Source: Chlamydiota bacterium
Lineage (GTDB): Bacteria; Chlamydiota; Chlamydiia; Chlamydiales; SM23-39
Reading direction: 5' to 3'
DNA length: 14,271 nucleotides
Assembly: GCA_038534095.1 (NCBI GenBank)
Contig: JBCAXK010000008.1
Coordinates: forward strand, 33,836-48,106
Part shown: piece by piece, positions 1 to 7,315 of the stretch
How the letters are laid out: each line of letters begins with the position of its first letter
Numbering within the stretch: the stretch's first letter is position 1
Translations under genes and position numbers: made by a program
The notes under the pieces: generated by a model
Seen by the model: the letters and a program-made list of their open reading frames with translations, nothing else
What the model was told of the DNA's origin: nothing
The model's database searches: none

Positions 1-823
1 CAGAAACAACCGACATATTGTCGCTATCGTCTATGGGCTCTTCATCCATAGCGTCTGAAGGAGGGGGCGTATCGTCACAAGTAATGGACATATCCCCAGC
101 AAACCTGGTCGCATCCTTAGAATCTGCTGAACGGTCATTAGAGGGGATCGTTGCTTCTGTAGAAGGAATGGACGGAGCTTCTGCGTGAGGCAGAGGATGA
201 TAAGGCGCATTCTCCTTCATAAAAGGAAGCTGTCCAATTGAAGAAGAGTCTAAAGCATTTTCTGGTGAACTTTGAAGCCTAGGGGCAACAGGCGCAGAAA
301 AAATGGAGGGAGGGACCTCATCAGACGGTTTATTTTCAGAAAATGGGCGAGAATTCTTTTGTTCTGTAGAAAAGGCACTTTTACCAGCATCTTCTTTCGC
401 TAAGGTAAAAATAGAGGTTTGCTTGGGCCGGCGTTCTTGGACAATGTTACTGGTAGCGGTTCTATTCTGCCCTTTTTCTTCTTCAGATTTTTTTGCGGAA
501 AGGTGCGTATCTTCTTCTGTTTTCATCAAGCCAAAAGGAGTCGCGATTGTCTTTGTAGACAATATGGAAGTAACAAGACCTTTTGGTAAGGGATCATCGC
601 TACTTTCTGTTAGTCTTCCCTGTAAGGGAGAGATACTTTTTGAAAAAATAGAGGTGCTTGGAGGAACGACGTCTTGTTCATCCAAAATAGAGAGGGCTGT
701 TTCTGTGATTTGATTAGTAACCATAGAAGATTGGTTTATCGATGCAGACTCTTGGCCGTTTAGCTCGCTGATCAGCAAAGATTCTTCCAGGTTTTCTTCG
801 TCTAGAATAAGATCTATTGTCAT
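1..823 (-). CDS. Hypothetical protein, 3'-partial (>=274 aa), low-complexity Ser/Thr/Pro/Glu/Asp-rich, probably disordered; effector-like
   Basis: Manual translation: ATG at 823 (in-frame GTG at 826), with AAGGAG at 829-834 5 nt upstream. Reads MTIDLILDEENLEESLLISELNGQESASINQSSMVTNQITETALSILDEQDVVPPSTSIFSK...DDTPPPSDAMDEEPIDDSDNMSVVS with no stop before the window edge, probably why the ORF track omits it. No family recognised. Confidence 0.85.
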   Translation of the reverse strand, partial: MTIDLILDEENLEESLLISELNGQESASINQSSMVTNQITETALSILDEQDVVPPSTSIFSKSISPLQGRLTESSDDPLPKGLVTSILSTKTIATPFGLMKTEEDTHLSAKKSEEEKGQNRTATSNIVQERRPKQTSIFTLAKEDAGKSAFSTEQKNSRPFSENKPSDEVPPSIFSAPVAPRLQSSPENALDSSSIGQLPFMKENAPYHPLPHAEAPSIPSTEATIPSNDRSADSKDATRFAGDMSITCDDTPPPSDAMDEEPIDDSDNMSVVS

Positions 824-828
824 CACGT

Positions 829-834
829 CTCCTT
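829..834 (-). promoter_or_regulatory. Shine-Dalgarno site of the left-edge ORF
   Basis: AAGGAG on the minus strand, 5 nt before ATG 823. Confidence 0.7.
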
Positions 835-1021
835 ACGCATTTTCCGCTTCCTATCTTAAGTCTTACGAAGAATTTCGTGCTAGGATGTTTTTGTGCCTTT
901 CAGTCAAAAAACAGTGAAGAGTTCGTTAAGAAAATAGGAAAATAGCACGGGAAGTTGTATGGGGCACATGTTCTTAGGACTGCCTCCTCTAAGAAGGTTT
1001 GGAAGGAAAAATCGATAGTTT

Positions 1022-1054
1022 GAAAAAGACGATACAAAAGAGAAACTTTGTATC
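1022..1054 (-). terminator. Candidate intrinsic terminator downstream of the 864-aa ORF
   Basis: Perfect 8-bp inverted repeat GATACAAA (1031-1038) / TTTGTATC (1047-1054) with an 8-nt loop, followed on the minus strand by GTCTTTTTC, about 90 nt after the stop at 1143. The stem is AT-rich, so it may be weak. Confidence 0.4.
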
Positions 1055-1142
1055 TTTAGCGTGTCAAAAGCGCCTACGCAAGAGTAGAACTGTAGCATGT
1101 AAACTCTAAGGGGAGAAAGCTTTTATCTTGAGTTTGTGATCG

Positions 1143-3737
1143 TTAGTGATCACAATGCGAAAGCTTTTTCTTAGAACATGTCGCGATCTTCAAAAGACGG
1201 GCGCTACCCATTTTTGTTCTTTTTTTAGCTTGTTCTTGGAGGATTGGAGTAGCTTCTCTTTTCCGATTTGCTTGCGCTTGTATCGGTAGCGTTTTCTCTT
1301 CGGGTGTTGTTAGAAATTCGCGCACCATTTTTAAGGAGCGTTGCAAGGGGTTTTTTTTGTCGATTTGCTGGGAGATTTCTGCTAAATGCGCAAGGGTACG
1401 TTCAATGTTTAGAGTTTTAGGTCGAATAAACCGCTTATGTGCTTTTTTTTCTAAATTGTTTCGTAAAAGTTCATAAAGTTGACCTAACGCTAGTTGTAAG
1501 CGGATAGGGATATGAGTGACTGTACTATTTTTGATCTCTAGGACAAGTTGATTCAACCGTTTCATTAGCGGGGCGCTCTTATTAGGCTGATAAAGATTGA
1601 ACAAAGAGATCTTGTCGTTTTCTTCTACTGCAGATGAAAATAATGCAAACATCTGATCCCATTGTTCTTTATCCCTCTCTGTTAGTTTTTCAGTGAACAG
1701 AATAGTAGTATTTTCTCCTGTTAAGGAGGAACTAGAAAGCTCATGAAAACAATTGATGAGCGTTAAATACTCTTTGGATAAAAATTTTTTAAGAACAACT
1801 TCGAAAACTGTTTGATAAATAGAAGTGAGTTTTTCTGAGTTCCCACGCTCAATGGTTGCTTGCACTACATTCATTTTTTCTAAAAAATACCTCGCCTCAG
1901 TGGGAGTTTTCATCGATTTAGTCAGCGCAATCAGTAAAGGCGAAGGGCTGGGTTCTTCTAAGTAATCTGAACAGAGCGCCTCTAAGAACTTTTCAAAAAA
2001 TAGGGTTACGGAAGAGTCTGATGACGCAGTAGCAATGGAAACCAGTTTTTCGGAGCAAATGCGGATGAGGTTTTCGTCTTTTTCTCCCGAGCTACATAAT
2101 GATCCTATAAATTCCGTAGTATATTGAGCATATTCAGAAACTGTCTTGGATACAAGCTCACTCGAACGGATAGATGCTTCTTCTGCGTAAGATGAAGCAT
2201 CTAATGAAACACTCTGTTTACATCGATCTTTCGATACTTTTTCCAGGTCTGCTTCCTCACAGGCTTTGTAACATCGATGTAAAAACAGGCAGATTTTACT
2301 GTTATCGTCATCCATGGATGTAATCACATCGAGTAATGTCGATTGATCTTTGAAGAACACCTTTGGCGCCGTTGATTTGAACGAAAGTGTTTTCAGCTTA
2401 CCTATACGGACCTCTTCTACCGATAAGTCGTGGGTGAGCAGCTGATGGCTATAATGATTTAGTATATTTTTTGCGAAGCAAATCTTGCCGTAATAGATAG
2501 CGCTTAGAGTAAAGAAGAGTGTTAAAGAAAGAGATTCTTTATAAAGATGGCGAGGAAATTGTCTTAAAAAAACCTGCGCTATTCCAAAGGTATTTTTACT
2601 CGTAGTCGATTGTGCTAGTAAATGTACTACATGATCGACAGCTTGCTGCTCATCGTATGAAGCGTGGGAACGCATCCAATCGGCGTACGTAGTCAGTATT
2701 TGTGCTAACAACGCAATTTTATCTTGATCGATGATTTCAGCGAAAAAAACAGCTACGATTTCTTGAGCCTCTTCCCCGCTTTTGATGAGTTGTTGCATAT
2801 GTGCATAAAATATGTCCTTGGATTTTGTGTTTTTCACAATCTCGCGGCTAGAGTATCTGAGAAAACTTACGAAAGTCTCCTCGCCAAACGTTCCTTTTTT
2901 TGCTCGAAGGATTTGCAATACTTCAGCAAAAAAATTTGCACTAAAAGTCATTGCATGAAGGGTAAACTGCCTCATAAAAAATGCGAAATGTGAGTCTCCC
3001 AAATCTTTATGTATAAACACAAAAGTAACTGCGGCAAATACCTTATGCTGGCATTGAATGCATCGATCAAGAGCTTTGAATGTGGAGCGCATTGTATTAC
3101 GCTGTCTCTCAGGGGTCTTATTAACGCGTGTCTTTAATTCTGTCCAACTTGTGTCGGTAAAGCCCTTGTAGGTAGATGTGTTTTTTCTATTGAGTTGTTT
3201 TGATTCTAGGTAATATCTAGCAACTGTCCAAGTGTTAGAAAGAGCTGCTTCTAGAAAAGCAAAAGGCTTTTTTCCTAACTCAGCAACAATCCCTTGTTGA
3301 TTTGAAAGATTGTTAAGCGCTTTATTGTAAAAACTGGGAGTTTGAATGGAGTCATTTCGTTGATGGAGATAAAAATTGTATCGTAAAATGGCTTTTATTT
3401 TTTGAGCGGCATCTTGATTGCTACATGAAAGATCATTGGATGCTTTTTGTATCTCTAATGAAGTACCCCCTTTTAATGTAGCTACGAAAGCGCAATAGAG
3501 AAGCGTAGGTTCTCGACAACAATGGGGGAGGTCTGTAGGAACGCTAAGCCCACATCTTTCCCGTACCTTTTTGATCAATGTTTGCAGAGACTTTGGAGCA
3601 GCTGTTTTTTGGAGTTTCCAAACGTTACCCTTTTTTGTAACAGTATTTCGGTTATGTTCAGATGGATTTGACACAAAGTATGTGTCTAACGCGTTAGAGG
3701 GAAGAAAAAAGCTAGCGAGCAATGCTTGTATTGGCAA
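1143..3737 (-). CDS. Hypothetical protein, 864 aa, predicted largely alpha-helical, basic C-terminus with bipartite NLS-like motif; candidate secreted effector
   Basis: 2.6-kb uninterrupted ORF; TTG start preceded by AGAGGT (3741-3746). No recognisable enzyme motif or clear TM segment. The exact start is uncertain. Confidence 0.85.
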   Translation of the reverse strand: MPIQALLASFFLPSNALDTYFVSNPSEHNRNTVTKKGNVWKLQKTAAPKSLQTLIKKVRERCGLSVPTDLPHCCREPTLLYCAFVATLKGGTSLEIQKASNDLSCSNQDAAQKIKAILRYNFYLHQRNDSIQTPSFYNKALNNLSNQQGIVAELGKKPFAFLEAALSNTWTVARYYLESKQLNRKNTSTYKGFTDTSWTELKTRVNKTPERQRNTMRSTFKALDRCIQCQHKVFAAVTFVFIHKDLGDSHFAFFMRQFTLHAMTFSANFFAEVLQILRAKKGTFGEETFVSFLRYSSREIVKNTKSKDIFYAHMQQLIKSGEEAQEIVAVFFAEIIDQDKIALLAQILTTYADWMRSHASYDEQQAVDHVVHLLAQSTTSKNTFGIAQVFLRQFPRHLYKESLSLTLFFTLSAIYYGKICFAKNILNHYSHQLLTHDLSVEEVRIGKLKTLSFKSTAPKVFFKDQSTLLDVITSMDDDNSKICLFLHRCYKACEEADLEKVSKDRCKQSVSLDASSYAEEASIRSSELVSKTVSEYAQYTTEFIGSLCSSGEKDENLIRICSEKLVSIATASSDSSVTLFFEKFLEALCSDYLEEPSPSPLLIALTKSMKTPTEARYFLEKMNVVQATIERGNSEKLTSIYQTVFEVVLKKFLSKEYLTLINCFHELSSSSLTGENTTILFTEKLTERDKEQWDQMFALFSSAVEENDKISLFNLYQPNKSAPLMKRLNQLVLEIKNSTVTHIPIRLQLALGQLYELLRNNLEKKAHKRFIRPKTLNIERTLAHLAEISQQIDKKNPLQRSLKMVREFLTTPEEKTLPIQAQANRKREATPILQEQAKKRTKMGSARLLKIATCSKKKLSHCDH

Positions 3738-3761
3738 AACACCTCTTTAAAGAAGTGTTTT
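3736..3761. promoter_or_regulatory. 26-bp near-perfect palindrome overlapping the RBS and TTG start of the 864-aa ORF
   Basis: AAAACACCTCTTTAAAGAAGTGTTTT. The single non-complementary pair is a U-G wobble in the minus-strand RNA. Function (translational hairpin, operator or tamB terminator) is unresolved. Confidence 0.55.
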
Positions 3762-3853
3762 ATTTTTTACAAAAAGCGCTTTAACTACAATAATTGTATC
3801 TCATATGCAAGAAATTCTTCTATACAAGAAGGGGATATGCCTTTGACAGAACG

Positions 3854-6800
3854 TCAATAATTGTAGTTCCACCGTATCGAGAACTGCCCTTGTTCTTGCT
3901 GCCGAATGGTCTCTGCTTGAAAAATAAATCCTTTGTGAAGGTCGATTTGCACCCCCACATTGCTCGAGTCTTCCTCGAGCCCTTGCGTGAAGGTGAGGAG
4001 CACGCCATCGACAATGTACTTACCTACTTGCAGAGCGGAGGTTTCTGGGCTGTTGTCTTCTGCATCTTGCCGAGAACCTGGCGTATGCACAACAGCAAAC
4101 CGATCGATTCCTAAGGTAGTTCTTGTCGATTGGAAAATATCGGGACCCTTACCCGACAAGGAAGCGGCTGTTGCTGCCAAAGTCGCTGTTTGAAACACGC
4201 TTAGTTCAGAGATTTCTTCTCCAAAAATGATGAGCGAAAGAATCGAAGAGACGGGGAGAGATGGGGACGAAGTAAAGCTTAGCTTTGGCTCTTTGAGGGG
4301 ACCCTTTAAAGAAGCGGTGATCGTTGTACCAAGCACAGTTGTGACTGCCTTGACGGAAAATAGAGGCAAAGTCTCATTCGGTTCAAACGTAAAGCTGCCT
4401 TCTGTTAGATCAAAAGAGCGACCCGCGAAGACTAAGTTCCCTTGCGTCAACAGAAGTTCCCCTTTGATTCGGGGGTAGTCGGTAGTCCCTTGAATCAAAA
4501 AGTTCCCGCGCCACCTAGAGATCAGCCCCTTTCCTTCGATAGAGATGGTTTTTTTTGAAGAGATATTGAGGTCTAAATCCACCGGATAGATTGTAGGCTC
4601 TAAAAGGGCCTGCTCGCTCGATTTGGGAGGATTAGCAAGAGGGATGACAGGAACCGTTGGTCGCACCTCACTAGGGATGGAGAGTCGCGCTTCTACAATG
4701 TCCACATTCCCTTTTACGCGCATCCTTTCTAGATGACCAGAACATTCGAGATGTCCTGAGGCGCTTGTTAATGCGATGGGAATATCTGTAACAACAAGAT
4801 CGTCCAATATCACAGAAGTTGTAAAAGGGAATTTTCTCCTCGGATCTAAAGAAAGAGATCCTTCTCCATGGAAAAAACCACCACTTTCATCGTATCCTAC
4901 GATTTCTGATAGAAGAAGATTCTTTCCTTTTCCTTCTATTTTGGCAGAAATTTCTGCTAAATGTGTTCCTAGAAAATCGTTCTCATATCCCCCTTCTTTG
5001 ATCAAAAGGTCTCCTTCGATGAGGGGATGTTTCCAAGTCCCTCCTAAGGTCATCTCTCCATAAACAAAGCCTTCGAACCTGCTCGATCCTGCGCTGATGA
5101 AGTCAGAAATATGCTCTAATCGCCCATCATAGAAAAAAGAGCCTTTGAGAGGCGCCTGTTCATCGAAGACAAGCGAGGGCGATTCCCAGTGTAGTGAACA
5201 AGGGATTTGAGCAGAAAACTCTAAGAGCTCATCCTGATCAATCTTTAGCGATAGATCTAGCAGGCCCCGATCCTTCTCAAAAGTGGCCCTTAGAGAGCCT
5301 GTAACGTCCATCTCCTCGAAAGAATCTGGGAAAAAAGAGGCCTCGCTCATCGATAATTGGAAACTCCCCTTGGTGATGTGATCTATTTCCTCTAGATTTA
5401 AAAGGAAAGAAGCTCTGCCTGCCATAGGTAGGTAGTAGGGGAGCTGAGAAAATAGCTGTAGAGGGGCTTCTTCTCCTTGCATAGAGCATATTTTTTTCTT
5501 TGGGGTAATAAGACATTCACCGGAAAAAAAACCTTCAAAAAAGGAGATCTGAAAAAAAGAGAGGGACAACCTATCGATGGTTTTCTCGAAAAAAAGAGGC
5601 TCTTCGAGAAAAAAACTCTCTTTAGCGTAAAAGCCTTCAAGCTCTTGCAGAGTCAAACCATAGTTTGTTTGTTTTTGGTACCAAAAACCTCCAGCTTTCG
5701 TGAAAAATGGCTCTTTGGCTACGCCCGACGCGCTGAGTGAAAAAGGGTGATTTTCTTCTGTAGTATCTGTTGAAAAATGCCACTCATGTGCGAGATGATT
5801 TTGATAGCGCAGATTTTCGCCCATAATCGTCACTTTGTACTGAGGATGCTTTATGTAAAAGATGTCCATTTCTAAGGAGCAAGCCTCCCCGCGAAGGTGA
5901 CCAAAAAACAGGTTTTCCAAACGCCCTTCTATCGCAACTTTTTGGGGATTTGGAGAAAGGGTGATTCCAAGATCTACGGCTGCTTGAAAGGGATTTTCCT
6001 GAAATGTTGTAGAAAAATTGTCCGAAGAAAGATGGATCTCCCCCTCTACGGAACGGAAATTGCCTGTATGGAGATCAAAAGATGCGTTGCCAAAAGCTGT
6101 TGTGAGCATACTATTTTCTAGGAAGACTCCTTCTGTAAGATCGAATGTCAGATCTCCCGATCCCTCCAAAGGTTGACTATAGGCAAACCCCTCTAAAGAA
6201 AAAGAGCCAACGCAGGCATTTTGAGCGATCTCTCCCTCGTACGATATAGACGCATTTTCTAGGTAGCCTCCTAAAGCAGAGATCTTGTCAAAGAGAAAAA
6301 ATGCTTCGGTTCGTAAGGAACCACCATGTTCTTCTAAAGAGAGCAAGCCTTGCAGACTTCCCTGATCGATTCCGGGTATAGAAGCTAGAGAAAGTTTTTG
6401 CAAAGAAATCTGCGCTTTTTCAAGAGCAAATCCTCCGCCCAAAGAGAGGCTGTAAGGCGCGCTTAGACTTGTAGACGCAATTTTTCCCCGCTTGGTAATG
6501 AGTGATCTGTCTGAATAGAGAAAAATTTGTCCACTGATCCGAAGGTCTTGCCCGAACATTTCTTCTATGAGGGCGCTTGGTGGTGATGGATCGAAGAAAC
6601 CTGCGATTCTTCCGTTAAGAGGCAGCGGCGGTTTTTCTGGAAAAAAGAGTAGACGCTTCAAAGCTTCATTGGCAAAAGAGAAGTAGGTATACACCGAGCC
6701 GTTTAAGGCCCCTTCCTTATCCTTCCCTTCCGAAGTAAGGTGGGAGGAAAAGCTTCCTAAGGTATCTTCTTTGCTTTCTAAAGAAAGAGTCATGCTCAGA

Positions 6801-7315
6801 GTGCCTTGCCGCACCTTGAGATTGGCTTCCATAGCGCGCAGCTCTTTGCCAAGAAAACAGGACCCTTGCACCGAGATTGCTGGGAAAGAGGGACTCACTT
6901 GTATCTCTTCTAAAGAAATGCTCGCTAAGGAAATGTTCCTAGGAAGAATCTCTTTGGGGGTCTCTATCGCCTCCTTTGCAAAGCTTTTGTAGACAAGATT
7001 TTTCCCGCGAAGGGAGTTTATAGCAAGCGTATTGCCCCATAAGAGGCTTAGGCTAGGAGACAGGGATAAAGACTTTGCTGTAAGAGAAAAGCTCTCAGAT
7101 TCTAACGATAGATCAGTGACTTGAAAAGAGAGAGGCATGAGCCCCGATAAGCGGGAAAACTCTGCTTTGATGCCCCGTTTTGCCAACTCTTTTTGTATCT
7201 GTTCTTTCAGCGCATTTTTTACATAAGGAATCTGGAAAGAGCCGGTAATCCCCACAAATAGGATCAAAAATAGCAAGAGGATCTTAAGAAATTTACGAAA
7301 AAGCCATGCAATCAA
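3854..7315 (-). CDS. tamB: Translocation and assembly module inner-membrane subunit TamB (C-terminal DUF490), 1153 aa
   Basis: N-terminal signal anchor (RKFLKILLLFLILFVGITGSF), a long Gly/Leu/Ser-rich beta-repeat body, and DUF490-like C-terminal motifs (FAGRSFDLTEGSFTF, LKGPLKEPKLSFTSSPSLPVSSILSLIIFGE, LGIDRF, LQVGKYI, terminal WNYNY). Directly downstream of an Omp85 gene with a 4-bp TTGA overlap. Confidence 0.9.
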   Translation of the reverse strand: MIAWLFRKFLKILLLFLILFVGITGSFQIPYVKNALKEQIQKELAKRGIKAEFSRLSGLMPLSFQVTDLSLESESFSLTAKSLSLSPSLSLLWGNTLAINSLRGKNLVYKSFAKEAIETPKEILPRNISLASISLEEIQVSPSFPAISVQGSCFLGKELRAMEANLKVRQGTLSMTLSLESKEDTLGSFSSHLTSEGKDKEGALNGSVYTYFSFANEALKRLLFFPEKPPLPLNGRIAGFFDPSPPSALIEEMFGQDLRISGQIFLYSDRSLITKRGKIASTSLSAPYSLSLGGGFALEKAQISLQKLSLASIPGIDQGSLQGLLSLEEHGGSLRTEAFFLFDKISALGGYLENASISYEGEIAQNACVGSFSLEGFAYSQPLEGSGDLTFDLTEGVFLENSMLTTAFGNASFDLHTGNFRSVEGEIHLSSDNFSTTFQENPFQAAVDLGITLSPNPQKVAIEGRLENLFFGHLRGEACSLEMDIFYIKHPQYKVTIMGENLRYQNHLAHEWHFSTDTTEENHPFSLSASGVAKEPFFTKAGGFWYQKQTNYGLTLQELEGFYAKESFFLEEPLFFEKTIDRLSLSFFQISFFEGFFSGECLITPKKKICSMQGEEAPLQLFSQLPYYLPMAGRASFLLNLEEIDHITKGSFQLSMSEASFFPDSFEEMDVTGSLRATFEKDRGLLDLSLKIDQDELLEFSAQIPCSLHWESPSLVFDEQAPLKGSFFYDGRLEHISDFISAGSSRFEGFVYGEMTLGGTWKHPLIEGDLLIKEGGYENDFLGTHLAEISAKIEGKGKNLLLSEIVGYDESGGFFHGEGSLSLDPRRKFPFTTSVILDDLVVTDIPIALTSASGHLECSGHLERMRVKGNVDIVEARLSIPSEVRPTVPVIPLANPPKSSEQALLEPTIYPVDLDLNISSKKTISIEGKGLISRWRGNFLIQGTTDYPRIKGELLLTQGNLVFAGRSFDLTEGSFTFEPNETLPLFSVKAVTTVLGTTITASLKGPLKEPKLSFTSSPSLPVSSILSLIIFGEEISELSVFQTATLAATAASLSGKGPDIFQSTRTTLGIDRFAVVHTPGSRQDAEDNSPETSALQVGKYIVDGVLLTFTQGLEEDSSNVGVQIDLHKGFIFQAETIRQQEQGQFSIRWNYNY

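Noticed and set aside
303..713. 136-aa plus-strand ORF in the track
   Set aside because: Antisense shadow of the longer minus-strand ORF starting at 823, which has a good SD.
876..949. TAGCAC half-sites resembling CIRCE (HrcA operator)
   Set aside because: CIRCE is TTAGCACTC-N9-GAGTGCTAA; here the half-sites are in reversed order, 60 bp apart, and lack the CTC/GAG arms.
904..1098. 64-aa minus-strand ORF in the first spacer
   Set aside because: No SD, Phe/Ser-rich composition typical of translated T-rich non-coding DNA, and it overlaps the candidate terminator.
1143..1160. C-terminal SHCDH of the 864-aa protein as a CaaX prenylation box
   Set aside because: The Cys is third from the end, not fourth, and the following residues are not aliphatic.
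5277..5640. Alternative-frame ORFs and long A/T homopolymers in tamB as a possible programmed frameshift or phase variation
   Set aside because: tamB is intact in one frame; the runs reflect Phe/Lys codons, and homopolymers are common across the window.
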